Positions 1 to 9,829 of a DNA stretch of 64,000 nucleotides are shown piece after piece. Under the pieces are notes generated by a model that saw only the letters and a list, made by a program, of their open reading frames with translations, had not been told where the DNA came from and searched no databases. Position 1 is the first letter of the stretch. Each line of letters opens with the position of its first letter. The position numbers were made by a program, and so were the translations under genes. The stretch comes from Candidatus Poribacteria bacterium. Lineage in GTDB: Bacteria; Poribacteria; WGA-4E; WGA-3G. The stretch lies in contig OZ240248.1 in assembly GCA_965198235.1 (NCBI GenBank), forward strand, positions 32,001-96,000. Reading direction: 5' to 3'.

Positions 1-645
1 GAGAGTCTCATCCGGCTCCGCACCGATTATATAGACCTTTACATGCTCCATCGCGACGACCCCGTGATTCCGGTTAAAACGATTATTGATTACCTGAACG
101 AGGAGATCGGTGCAGGACGCATCCGAGCTGCTGCCGCCTCTAATTGGCAACCTCAGCGCATTATTGATGCCAACACCTATGCCGCCGAAAACGGGTTAGT
201 GGGCTTTGTTTCTTGTAGTAACAACATCAGTCTCGCAGTACCGATGGAACCGATGTGGGGGGGTTGCGTTTGCGTCGACGATGCCGCTCGCGAATGGCAT
301 AAAGAGAGCCAGTTCCCGTTGATGCCCTGGTCCTCGCAAGCACGAGGTTTCTTCAGCGGCGCGTTTACACCGGAGAACCGCGAAAACGGAGATATGATGC
401 GCGTCTATTACAATAATGGCAATTTTGAAAGACTCGCACGCGCAAAGAAATTAGGCGAAAAATACGGCTATTCCGCAATTCAGGTCTCCCTCGCATACTG
501 CTTGAATATTCCATTCCCCGTTTTTCCAATTGTTGGACCTGCAACCTTAACGGAGATGGATTCCTCTGTCGGTGCCATGGGACTTGAACTTTCTGATGCT
601 GAAATGCGGTGGCTCAACTTAGAAACGGATGGAGACCCGCTATGA
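1..645 (+). CDS. Aldo/keto reductase, 5'-truncated by window edge
   Basis: Frame open from base 1 (ESLIRLRTDYIDLYMLHRDD, AKR motif); C-terminal PIVG...LELSDAEM typical of AKR family. Confidence 0.9.
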   Translation, partial: ESLIRLRTDYIDLYMLHRDDPVIPVKTIIDYLNEEIGAGRIRAAAASNWQPQRIIDANTYAAENGLVGFVSCSNNISLAVPMEPMWGGCVCVDDAAREWHKESQFPLMPWSSQARGFFSGAFTPENRENGDMMRVYYNNGNFERLARAKKLGEKYGYSAIQVSLAYCLNIPFPVFPIVGPATLTEMDSSVGAMGLELSDAEMRWLNLETDGDPL

Positions 646-1721
646 TCGCAAGAATTCTTTTTCTATTGTTCTGCTTTCAATTCATCTTTCTACCCCTCGG
701 TTTTTCCCAAGAAAGCTGAGGCGCGTGAAGCAATCCCGCAATTCCACGAGGCGGGATTGGTGAAGTCAGTTTGACTTCAGAAGAGATGAAGCGATTTCAG
801 AGTACTGTCAGTATGATGCGGTGGTTTGATGCACAGGGTGGACACCTCGAAACAAAAGGGATTTCCGCAGGTGGAAAGGTGATAGATATCCCGGTACATC
901 GACACCATGTTACCCTGAATATTTTTCGCGTTGATATCGGCTTGAAGTATCAATTCGGTTCTCAATGGATGCTTGAAGCGAATGTGCCCTACGAGACCAA
1001 AGTCCAAGAAGCAACTATTGAAGAAATTGAGACAGTCTCACAAGTGGAACGCGAAGCAATTGTACGCAATCGCGACAATCATCATCGAAATGAGACCTAC
1101 ACGGGACTCACTGACCCCGATGTTTTTCTGGGATACCATACGGTAAGCCTTTTTAAGGAAAACGATTTCTTAATGGGGCGCATCGGAACCACGATTCCAT
1201 TTGGCAAAACCGAAGAAGATCCGTGGAAGTTGGGGGATGCTGGATTTGAACATCTCCATATCCAGTTCGGAACCGGGACCTTTAATCCGGTCGCAGACCT
1301 TCATTACAGCCTCCCTCTCTATAAAGGGTTGGGGGTAAATGCCAGTGTCCGCGGGAAGTTTCCGTTCTATGAAAACAGCAAAACCTATCGCGGTTCCAGG
1401 GAACTTACATATACGGCGGGGCTGAGTTATCGTTTCAGTGACTGGCTTTCGTTACAGGCAGGCTACCTCGGCTTTTATCAAGCTTATGCGTATTGGGCAG
1501 GTGAGCAGGACATCAATACCGGACTCCGTTTCAGCATGGCATCCGTGGGCGCGTCAATTGCAACGCCTTATAACGTTCCGTTGTCTCTGATGCTGATGTT
1601 GCCTTTGAGCCAAGAAACGCTTTATGATGATACCAGCTCTTTACTGGGTGGTGCGTATGAAGAGAGCGACGCTTTTGAATTCGGACCATTGGTGTCGTTA
1701 ACAGTTTTATATGCCTTCTAA
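642..1721 (+). CDS. Putative outer-membrane beta-barrel transporter with two in-frame TGA codons (candidate selenoprotein, U26-G-A-U29), 359 aa
   Basis: ATG 642 overlaps the upstream stop (ATGA) and encodes signal peptide MIARILFLLFCFQFIFLPLGFS-QES, then TGA(717) GGC GCG TGA(726), continuing in frame into the track ORF 771..1721; alternating beta-strand pattern, GTG motif, C-terminal Y-A-F. Barrel call fairly secure; Sec recoding is inference. Confidence 0.7.
731..778 (+). promoter_or_regulatory. Candidate SECIS-like hairpins downstream of the in-frame UGAs
   Basis: CAATCCCGC(731-739)/GCGGGATTG(751-759) perfect 9-bp stem starting after an 11-nt spacer from the first TGA; second stem GAAGTCA(762-768)/TGACTTC(772-778) with GTT loop. 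Confidence 0.5.
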
Positions 1722-1804
1722 ATTTCGGTTACCCACTGGGAAGCACCGCACACGGTGGGATCAGTTTTCAACTGCTCGGAATCTTGATTAGGTGTTTAAG
1801 TGTC

Positions 1805-1905
1805 GTCGGTTGGGTTGAACGGGTAAGATCGAAACTGTATGAGACGCAAAGCCAGTGCGTTCTGGTCTATGCTATTGTCCGTGAGAACTACCGGGTGAAC
1901 CCAAC
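1805..1905 (+). repeat. Half copy of the fixed-geometry REP-like element (arm-68 nt-arm)
   Basis: GTCGGTTGGGTTGAACGG + 68 nt + CCGGGTGAACCCAAC; same arms as at 32806 and 33581. Confidence 0.75.
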
Positions 1906-2021
1906 GTTTTCCCAAATTTCTATTCCTTCTTGGTAGAAGCGGTTTTCAACCGCTCCGGGTGAAATCCAACGTTTTCTTGAATAGTAGGTTGGGAACGAGA
2001 TTTGTATATTGCAAGTCTTAA

Positions 2022-2047
2022 GTCCCATAGGGACGACATCTTTATAG
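2022..2047 (+). repeat. Single REP-like hairpin of the 'hairpin + ...TATAG' family
   Basis: GTCCC-ATA-GGGAC followed by GACATCTTTATAG; resembles units at 10098 and 29945. Confidence 0.5.
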
Positions 2048-2061
2048 ACTTTTGAGGAAGA

Positions 2062-4200
2062 ATGATGCAAATCATATTGTCGAAATTTTCAAGCCGATAT
2101 TGCGTAGCCTTAACACTGGCTCTTTTTTTCTTTGGTTGTGGTGTGCCAAATAATCCATATCCGAAATCTGAACATAATCAAGAGATTTACTACAACACGT
2201 TCGTTGCAGAGCCGAAGCACTTCGATCCAGCGATCTCCTACAGTTCGGACGAATACAGGTTCATTCAGCAGATTTATGAGCCGCCATTGCGATATCATTA
2301 CTTGAAAAGACCCTATGAACTCATCCCGTTGACCGTAGAGGCGGTCCCACAACCCCGCTACTTTGATGCCAACGGACAGCAGTTATCGCCCAATGCTCCT
2401 GCGGAATCAGTGGCGCGTGCCGTTTATGAAATTCGCATCCGTGCAGGGATTATGTATCAGCAACATCCCTGTTTTGCGAAGACTGAAGACGGGGAGTGGC
2501 GTTACCGTAACTTAGCGAAATCAGATGTCAAGGGCTTTAATGAGGTCAAAGATTTCTCAATGACGGGCACGCGTGAACTCATCGCTGCGGATTATGTCTA
2601 TCAGATCAAACGGATGGCAGATCCGAGCGTTTCCTGCCCTATTCTCAGCACCCTGAAGGATTATATCCTCGGCATGGAAGCGTATTCAACCGCTATTGCT
2701 AACGGACAGAAGGATGCTCCTTTTCCCGGTGTTGAGGTCGTGGATCGGTACACCTATCGGATTATCCTCAAGACGAAGTATCCGCAGTTTGTCTATTGGT
2801 TAGCGATGCCATTCTTTTCGCCAATGCCTAAAGAGGCTATTGATTTTTACAGTCAACCTGCTGTCGAAGATCGGAACATCACGATTGACAGGTTTCCTGT
2901 AGGAACTGGTGCTTATCGGATAGAAACCCTTCTCGCCCACAAAGAGATAGTTCTCGTGAAAAATGAGAATTTTCGGGTGGTACGTTACCCATCAAGTGGA
3001 GAACCCGGTGATAGGGAAGCCGGACTTTTGGACGACGCATGGGAAATTGTTCCCTTTATTCCAAGAATCGTCTACAAATTGGAGAAGGAACACATTCCGC
3101 GCTGGAATAAGTTCTTGCAAGGCTACTATGATAGTTCCGCTATCTATTCGGATACGTTTGACAGTGCCGTCACGTTTAACGATACAGGCGATCCGAGGAT
3201 AAGTGAATCAATGAAAGCGAAGGGTATCGTGCTACGTACCAGTGTTGAACCGACGACGAGATACCTTGCTTTTAATATGTTGGACGATACCCTTGGTGGG
3301 AACACAGTGGAAAAGCAGAAACTCCGTCAAGCCATTTCGATCGTTTTAGATTATGAGGAGTACGTTGAAATTTTCTACAATGGACGCGGTGTTAGTTCCC
3401 AGAGTCCCATTCCACCCGGTATCTTTGGTTACGAAGCGGGCGAGAGCGGCATGAACCCTTATGTCTATAATTGGGATGCCGTGAAGCAACGTCCGGTTCG
3501 CAAATCCATTGAAGAAGCGGGGCAGCTTCTCGCAGAAGCCGGCTACCCAGATGGACAGGATAGGAACGGAAACCCTCTCGTCGTCACTTTTGACAACGCA
3601 TGGAACTCCGCAGGTGCTACATCGCACATAATGTGGATGCGGAATAAATTAGATCAACTCGGCATCACCATGGAAAACCGAACGACTGATTACAATCGAT
3701 TTCGTGACAAAGTAAAGAACGGGAACTTCCAAATCATCTCATGGGGATGGCACGCAGATTACCCGGATGCAGAAAATTTCCTGTTTCTCCTCTACGGACC
3801 GAATGCCAGAGCCATTCACGGTGGTGAAAATGCGGCTAACTACGATAACGCCGAATACAACAAACTCTTTGAGCAGATGAAAAATATGGAAAACTCACAA
3901 GAACGGTTGGCAATAATTCGCGAAATGAATCATCTGCTTCAACGAGATGCACCGTGGGTCTTCACCTTCCATCCTGTTACTTTCGGTTTGTCGCATCAAT
4001 GGGTGAAGAACAGCAAGCCGAGTGCCTTGGGCGGCGGATCCCTGAAATATCTTCGCATTAATGCTGGCCAGCGGACGGAAAATCGGCAGGCATGGAATCA
4101 ACCCGTCGTCTGGCCCCTGTGGGTATGTATCGCTTTTCTCATTTTAGGCACTATTCCGGCTGTGATCACAATTTGGAAACGGGAACGAGGAACTCCGTAA
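2062..4200 (+). CDS. ABC transporter substrate-binding protein, OppA/DppA/NikA (family 5), lipoprotein with C-terminal membrane anchor
   Basis: Lipobox-like FFFGC; EPKHFDPA, PVGTGAY, LRQAIS, GWHADYPDAENFL motifs; hydrophobic C-terminal helix. Confidence 0.9.
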   Translation: MMQIILSKFSSRYCVALTLALFFFGCGVPNNPYPKSEHNQEIYYNTFVAEPKHFDPAISYSSDEYRFIQQIYEPPLRYHYLKRPYELIPLTVEAVPQPRYFDANGQQLSPNAPAESVARAVYEIRIRAGIMYQQHPCFAKTEDGEWRYRNLAKSDVKGFNEVKDFSMTGTRELIAADYVYQIKRMADPSVSCPILSTLKDYILGMEAYSTAIANGQKDAPFPGVEVVDRYTYRIILKTKYPQFVYWLAMPFFSPMPKEAIDFYSQPAVEDRNITIDRFPVGTGAYRIETLLAHKEIVLVKNENFRVVRYPSSGEPGDREAGLLDDAWEIVPFIPRIVYKLEKEHIPRWNKFLQGYYDSSAIYSDTFDSAVTFNDTGDPRISESMKAKGIVLRTSVEPTTRYLAFNMLDDTLGGNTVEKQKLRQAISIVLDYEEYVEIFYNGRGVSSQSPIPPGIFGYEAGESGMNPYVYNWDAVKQRPVRKSIEEAGQLLAEAGYPDGQDRNGNPLVVTFDNAWNSAGATSHIMWMRNKLDQLGITMENRTTDYNRFRDKVKNGNFQIISWGWHADYPDAENFLFLLYGPNARAIHGGENAANYDNAEYNKLFEQMKNMENSQERLAIIREMNHLLQRDAPWVFTFHPVTFGLSHQWVKNSKPSALGGGSLKYLRINAGQRTENRQAWNQPVVWPLWVCIAFLILGTIPAVITIWKRERGTP

Positions 4201-4342
4201 TACGTTCCTTTGCTGGCGAGGCTGCTTGGGGAAATCCGTAGAAATCCGCAGGGAAATCCGCAGAAATACCCTATCAAAGACCCCAAGCAAAAACCCCTAT
4301 CAAAAACACCTCATTTATTTTCAACGAGGCAATTTTTTTTTA

Positions 4343-5335
4343 ATGATCACTTATATTGTCCGACGGATCCTTTACGCAATCCCAATCTTGATCGGTGTGA
4401 ACATCACTGTATTTCTACTTTTCTTTGTCGCCAGTTCTCCCGACCAGATGGCACAACGAATTCTCGGTGAGAAAAATATTACGCAAGAAGATATTGACAA
4501 TTGGAAGCAGCAAAACGACTATCACCTGCCCCTCTGGTTCAATACCAAGGCATCTGGAACCGAGTCTTTTACACAGACTATTTTCTTCCAGAAATCGGTT
4601 AAACTCTTTTTCTTCGATTTTGGGACATCAGATGCCAACAACATTGACATCACAGCACAAATTTCTCAACGCATGTGGGCGAGTCTCGCGATAGCTCTCC
4701 CGACCTTTCTGGTTGGCGTTCTGGTAAATATCACCGTTTCAATGATTGTCGCTTACTACCGCGCAACCTACGTCGATTTCTGGGGCACAATCCTTGCGGT
4801 TATTCTCATGTCTGTTTCAACACTTTTCTATATTATTGGTGGGCAGTGGGTGTTTGGAAAAATATTGCGACTCTTTCCAATCTCTGGATATGATTCCGGT
4901 GTAGACATGCTGAAGTTCGTTATTCTGCCAGTGGTTATCGGCATTATTGGTGGAGTCGGCAGCGGTATCCGTTTTTACCGGACGATATTTCTTGAAGAAG
5001 TCAATCAGGACTATGTACGTACAGCACGGGCAAAAGGGTTGAGTGAAGCGGTGGTTCTCTTTAAACACACCCTGAAGAACGCAATGATTCCGATTTTGAC
5101 GAATGTGGTTTTGGTAATCCCCTTGCTCTTTATGGGAAATTTGGTGATGGAAGCGTTTTTCGCAATTCCGGGACTTGGGGGATTTACGATAGAAGCCATC
5201 CACGCACAGGATTTCGCCATTGTGCGGAGCATGGTTTATCTCGGTTCTGTGCTGTATATCGTCGGTTTATTACTAACAGACATCAGTTATACGCTGGTTG
5301 ACCCGCGCATTCGGCTTGGATCTTCTGCCGCGTAA
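4343..5335 (+). CDS. ABC transporter permease, OppB/DppB family
   Basis: MITYIVRRIL start; EAA loop DYVRTARAKGLSE...HTLKNA; ends YTLVDPRIR. Confidence 0.92.
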   Translation: MITYIVRRILYAIPILIGVNITVFLLFFVASSPDQMAQRILGEKNITQEDIDNWKQQNDYHLPLWFNTKASGTESFTQTIFFQKSVKLFFFDFGTSDANNIDITAQISQRMWASLAIALPTFLVGVLVNITVSMIVAYYRATYVDFWGTILAVILMSVSTLFYIIGGQWVFGKILRLFPISGYDSGVDMLKFVILPVVIGIIGGVGSGIRFYRTIFLEEVNQDYVRTARAKGLSEAVVLFKHTLKNAMIPILTNVVLVIPLLFMGNLVMEAFFAIPGLGGFTIEAIHAQDFAIVRSMVYLGSVLYIVGLLLTDISYTLVDPRIRLGSSAA

Positions 5336-5387
5336 ATTACCTGCAAATGTGCGTTGTAGATACCTCTATTCCGCACTTGGGGCAAAA

Positions 5388-5825
5388 ATGGTCTCACGCA
5401 ATAGAAACTATCAAATTATGCAAGGGGTAATGAGCCTCATTCTGGGGTGTTTCAGTATCGGTTTGTTGATAACACTCCGGGGTTCAGGGTATCCAGCCGT
5501 AATTCTCTCCATCTTTCTGGTCGTCGGAATCGCCCTAATCTTCTCTGGAGATTACCTCCTGAATCCGTTCAAATTGCCAGTCACTCCTCGAAAACAGGAA
5601 TTGGCGAGTGACATCGGTCTTATCGCTTATGGAACGCTGTATTTCGGCATCGCTATGTCAAAACTCTTACAACCCCGTTGGTTCATCGTCAATTTGCCGA
5701 TCTTTTTACAACCGATTTGGGTACGGCGCGGCTTAGCAACTGTCGGGATTGTCTTGATTGCTGTCGGCATTTATGGGATTTATAAGTTACTCTCGGAGGG
5801 ATTGCCGTTAGAGTCTTCAGAGTAG
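5388..5825 (+). CDS. Hypothetical membrane protein (about 4 TM helices)
   Basis: Four hydrophobic segments; start uncertain (5388 or 5418). Confidence 0.6.
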   Translation: MVSRNRNYQIMQGVMSLILGCFSIGLLITLRGSGYPAVILSIFLVVGIALIFSGDYLLNPFKLPVTPRKQELASDIGLIAYGTLYFGIAMSKLLQPRWFIVNLPIFLQPIWVRRGLATVGIVLIAVGIYGIYKLLSEGLPLESSE

Positions 5826-6000
5826 AGTGAACACGAATTGTGTAAAACGCGGTTATAATGAAGATTAATGATTTAATTCGGTAATGCAAAGAAGGTTATG
5901 TGGGAGGGGTTTCTAACCCCGACTTTTCTTGCGGAAGTTCTAACCCCATATACGAAGTATCTCTTCAAACTTCATAAAACCGCGCCGAATTGCGATGGGT

Positions 6001-6306
6001 TCACTTCGCGATAATCACGGCGTAGCGAAGGGGTCCCTCACCCACATTACGTATGCCGTGTAAAACTTGACAATCAACATGGACGGCTTCGTTGTCGCTG
6101 ACACGGTGCGTCTGATCACCAAATAAGACTTCGCCTTCACCGGAAAATACATAGAAAATTTCTTGACCTTCGTGTGTATGTGGTGGATGCGCCCGGCTTC
6201 CCGGTCCGACTTCGGAGATGTGAAGGTGAAGTTGTTCCCGGTCCGACCCGGCTTCAAATATAAAACGATCAATACCTTTGATGTCGTTTCTAACCTCTTT
6301 TTCCAT
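6001..6306 (-). CDS. Cupin-domain protein
   Basis: HPPHTHEGQEIFYVFSGEG...LHGIRN cupin motifs; RBS AAGGGAG before ATG at 6306. Confidence 0.88.
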   Translation of the reverse strand: MEKEVRNDIKGIDRFIFEAGSDREQLHLHISEVGPGSRAHPPHTHEGQEIFYVFSGEGEVLFGDQTHRVSDNEAVHVDCQVLHGIRNVGEGPLRYAVIIAK

Positions 6307-6462
6307 GAAAATTCTCCCTTTCAACTGAGTTTGTCACACAGAATTGGGTCTAAAAAGATTGGTGTTAACTTAACACACCCGTCAGAAATTGTCAATTGCC
6401 AATCTCAACATGAGTGCGATTTACTGAAAACTGAATGCCTCTGACTGTGCTCTCATTTTGAA

Positions 6463-6491
6463 TTGACTTAGTTTTTTAAGTATGCTACAAT
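6463..6491 (+). promoter_or_regulatory. Sigma70-type promoter
   Basis: TTGACT-17-TACAAT with extended TG. Confidence 0.6.
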
Positions 6492-6556
6492 GCGTAGATA
6501 CCGTTTGAGTCCGACAGTTGATACGGCACATTCAATTGTCAAAGGAGAACGAAACG

Positions 6557-7552
6557 ATGGATAGACCTGAGAAACAACCACATAAAAAGGCGGCAATGCA
6601 CGTCGGTGTTCAAGGCATCGGAACATCTCTTAAAGAGTTGGCATTCCTCGTGCGCCACGGTGTAACGCACATGGATGCCTCCGTTGGCGATACTGAAACC
6701 GAAACGCTGGTTCGGCACAAAGCGGAAGCGGCAGAAGTGGGTGTCAGTCTTGAGATGATTCATATAGGGCTTCCGAGGAGCATTACGCTTGCCCAAGATG
6801 CGCAGCGCGATACGGATATTGATGCCGTTTGCAAAATGATCGAGAATGCAGCAGCGGCAGGACTGCGAGGTTTGAATTATAATTTTTGCATCCTAAATCA
6901 TCAGCGGACCGAGAGTACACCCGGACGTGGTGGCTCAAGTTACAGCACATTCGACTTCTCCAAGTACAATAACGAAACGCTCTCGGAGGCAGGTGAGGTG
7001 AGTCGCGAAGAAGCGTTTGATCGGATCGCGTATTTCCTCGAGCGTGTGATTCCAGTCGCCGAGGCAAACCGAGTCCAGATGGCGTGCCACCCGAACGATC
7101 CACCCGCGCCTGTGCTGAGGGGCGTTGAACGATGGAATTACCCCATCTTTGACGGCTTGAAACGTTTCGCTGAAATTGTGGATAGCCCGTATCACGGCTT
7201 TAATTTCTGCTGTGGAACAGTTTCGGAAGGTTTAGATGATCCGGGTACCGAATTCTACGAAATTCTTCACTATTTTGGAGAGCAGAAGAAACTTTTCAAC
7301 ATTCACTTTCGTAATATTCGTGGCGGACTGCACAACTTCCAAGAAGTCTGGCCCGACGAAGGACACTTGGACATGCACAAGGTTGCACAGGTCCTTCGAG
7401 ATGTAGAGTATCCGTATATGCTGATGCCCGACCATGCGCCATCACACGTGGATGACACATCGCCACCGGGTGTTTCTGGTAGGGTTCGACAGGCATGGGC
7501 ATTCCAGTTTGGATATATCATCGCCCTGATTCAGGTGGTAAATTCGGAATAG
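6557..7552 (+). CDS. uxuA: Mannonate dehydratase (UxuA)-family protein
   Basis: YFLERVIPVAE...MACHPNDPP, NFCCGT, HFRNI, MPDHAP motifs; RBS AAGGAG. Confidence 0.75.
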   Translation: MDRPEKQPHKKAAMHVGVQGIGTSLKELAFLVRHGVTHMDASVGDTETETLVRHKAEAAEVGVSLEMIHIGLPRSITLAQDAQRDTDIDAVCKMIENAAAAGLRGLNYNFCILNHQRTESTPGRGGSSYSTFDFSKYNNETLSEAGEVSREEAFDRIAYFLERVIPVAEANRVQMACHPNDPPAPVLRGVERWNYPIFDGLKRFAEIVDSPYHGFNFCCGTVSEGLDDPGTEFYEILHYFGEQKKLFNIHFRNIRGGLHNFQEVWPDEGHLDMHKVAQVLRDVEYPYMLMPDHAPSHVDDTSPPGVSGRVRQAWAFQFGYIIALIQVVNSE

Positions 7553-7636
7553 TTGGTTAATTAGTTTCAGTTAGAGGGACACACTCAGTCAAAACGTCCC
7601 TTAATTAATGGTAAATTCAACCTTGAGGAGGTAAAA

Positions 7637-8425
7637 ATGAAATCCATTATAGTTTGCTTAGCGATCATCACCATCAGTGTGACCTTCACGGTACATACTT
7701 ATGCGGAGATCGACTTTGAAACCGCAAGAGGAATTTGGCTACTCGACGAAGGTAAAGGTGATAAAATTGAGGATATCTCTGGAAACGAGAACCACGGTGA
7801 ACTTCAGGGCGGAAAATGGGTCAAAGGACCAGATCGGCGTCCCGCCGCCCTAAGTTTAAACGGACAAAATGATCGGGTTATCATTGCTGACTCCGACAGT
7901 ATGTATCTGGAAAAGGCGTGGTCAATTACTGCCTGGGCTTATGTGAACAAATCCGAGAACGGTTATGGACATATTCTCGGCAAAAGACCTGCGGGGGGTG
8001 TGGTGGCAAATTATGCCTTCAGGACAAGCTCCAGCGGCACCGGCTGGGAAGCTTACTTTTCGAACGGCGGCTGGAAAGGGGCTTGGAATCAAGGTCAAGT
8101 GAAAAAAGATGAATGGTTGTATATGACCGCAACTTATGACGCAAAGGATACCATCAAGATCTACGAAAATGCTGAGGAAATCGCTTCTGTTGGCGGGATG
8201 GGGAAACCAGCACCTCAGAATGAGACGGATGTCAACATCGGGGGTTGGACCAACAACACTTCAGAGACCCTTGATGGTATACTCTATGAGGTCGCAATTT
8301 TCAGTTCCGTACTGGAAGCAGAGGATATAGAGAAACTGATGGAGAAGGGAATCGAAAAACTACTGCCTGTTGAACCTGCTGATAAACTTGCCACTACGTG
8401 GGCGAGTCTCAAATCTCGGCAATAG
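7637..8425 (+). CDS. Secreted LamG-like jellyroll protein with C-terminal VEP...TTW motif
   Basis: Signal peptide; IWLLDEGKG...DISGNENHG, WLYMTATYD, GILYEVAIF; ends VEPADKLATTWASLK. Confidence 0.85.
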   Translation: MKSIIVCLAIITISVTFTVHTYAEIDFETARGIWLLDEGKGDKIEDISGNENHGELQGGKWVKGPDRRPAALSLNGQNDRVIIADSDSMYLEKAWSITAWAYVNKSENGYGHILGKRPAGGVVANYAFRTSSSGTGWEAYFSNGGWKGAWNQGQVKKDEWLYMTATYDAKDTIKIYENAEEIASVGGMGKPAPQNETDVNIGGWTNNTSETLDGILYEVAIFSSVLEAEDIEKLMEKGIEKLLPVEPADKLATTWASLKSRQ

Positions 8426-8437
8426 ACAAGGCAAACC

Positions 8438-8482
8438 GAGTGCAGCGGGTGCTACCTGAACGACCGGCTGCACTCATCTTTG
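8438..8482 (+). terminator. Probable intrinsic terminator hairpin
   Basis: GAGTGCAGC/GCTGCACTC stem followed by ATCTTT, just after the LamG gene. Confidence 0.5.
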
Positions 8483-8551
8483 AAGGGTTGCTGTAAGGAA
8501 GACAGCATGGCTGAGTATAAGGTAGCAACTTAGGTTAATGTGGAGATTACT

Positions 8552-9829
8552 ATGGCGAAGTCACCGAACGTACTTCTTATTCTCGCCGATGACCACGGCT
8601 ATGGTGATATTTCAGTTCACAACGGTCCATCAATTCAGACACCCAATATTGACAGGATTGCCGCAAACGGAGTGCGATTTACCAAATTTTATGCCAATTC
8701 CTCCGTCTGTTCTCCCAGTAGAGCCTCTCTTATGACCGGACGCTACCCCGACCGAGTCGGAGTCCCAGGCGTAATCCGCACTCATCCAGAAAACAGTTGG
8801 GGATACTTTCGACAGGATGCAGTCACACTCCCTTCAGTTTTGAAGCAGAAGGATTATCATACTGCACTCATCGGTAAGTGGCACCTTGGACTTGAACAGG
8901 AGAACCATCCGTGCAAGCGAGGCTTTGACCATTTTCACGGCTTCCTCGGCGACATGATGGATGACTACTACACGCATCTCCGGCACGACCTTAATTACAT
9001 GCGACACGGCTCCGATACGATCGATCCGCAGGGACACGCCACAGATCTCTTCACGGAATGGAGTGTGGATTTCATCCGTGCGCAGGCGCAATCCTCACAG
9101 CCTTTTTTCCTCTATCTTGCCTATAATGCACCCCATACACCGATCCAACCGCCTGACGATTGGGTGGAACGGGTGAGGGAACGCGAGCCGGATATTTCTC
9201 CACAACGCGCCAAATACATTGCCCTTGTTGAGCACATGGATACTGGCATTGGGCGAGTACTTGATACGCTTGCTGAAACAGATCAGTTGTCCAATACGCT
9301 CGTTATTTACACCTCTGACAACGGCGGGTCGATGGACGTTGGGGCGCACAACGGTCCCTTGCGCGGGCAAAAGGGCGAAATGTACGAAGGCGGCATCCGA
9401 GTCCCGGCGTGTGCAATGTGGCCAGGACACGTTCCCGATGGATATGTCACCGATCAGGTTGCATTGCTGATGGATCTTTTCCCGACAGTATGTGAGGTGG
9501 CAGGGGCACCGATCACTCATGAGATCGAGGGACGTTCAATTTGGCAAACACTCCAAGCGGAACAGCAAGACTTCTCTGACCGCATCCTTTACTGGTTGCG
9601 AAGAGAGGGGGGACAGCGGTTTCTTGGGCAGTGTCAGCATGCCGTACGGCGTGGGGACACTAAATTGTTGCACAACAGCCCTTTTGAGCCATTGGAGCTC
9701 TATGATTTGTCAAGCGATCCACTGGAAACGACAAACGGCTCACAGACACAGATGGACCTTTTTAGAGAAATGAGTCAGTTATTTCAGACGGAAACGCAAA
9801 AGGCTGGGTGTGTTCCGTGGCAGCGGTAA
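8552..9829 (+). CDS. Formylglycine-dependent sulfatase (arylsulfatase A-like)
   Basis: PNVLLILADD, CSPSRASLMTGRY, GKWHLG, TSDNG, KGEMYEGGIRVP. Confidence 0.95.
   Translation: MAKSPNVLLILADDHGYGDISVHNGPSIQTPNIDRIAANGVRFTKFYANSSVCSPSRASLMTGRYPDRVGVPGVIRTHPENSWGYFRQDAVTLPSVLKQKDYHTALIGKWHLGLEQENHPCKRGFDHFHGFLGDMMDDYYTHLRHDLNYMRHGSDTIDPQGHATDLFTEWSVDFIRAQAQSSQPFFLYLAYNAPHTPIQPPDDWVERVREREPDISPQRAKYIALVEHMDTGIGRVLDTLAETDQLSNTLVIYTSDNGGSMDVGAHNGPLRGQKGEMYEGGIRVPACAMWPGHVPDGYVTDQVALLMDLFPTVCEVAGAPITHEIEGRSIWQTLQAEQQDFSDRILYWLRREGGQRFLGQCQHAVRRGDTKLLHNSPFEPLELYDLSSDPLETTNGSQTQMDLFREMSQLFQTETQKAGCVPWQR

Noticed and set aside
642-728. Alternative genetic code (UGA=Trp/Gly) as explanation for the in-frame TGAs
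   Set aside because: TGA terminates intact genes elsewhere (e.g. 645, 20227, 35222, 36339) and Trp is encoded by TGG, so any recoding must be local
771-773. TTG start proposed by the ORF track
   Set aside because: It leaves a barrel without a signal peptide; a coupled ATG with a signal peptide lies in frame at 642
4231-4266. GAAATCCG(T/C)A x3 as operator sites
   Set aside because: Adjacent to fragments of the TGGGGAAA/CCAAGCAAAA repeat family; more likely repeat debris
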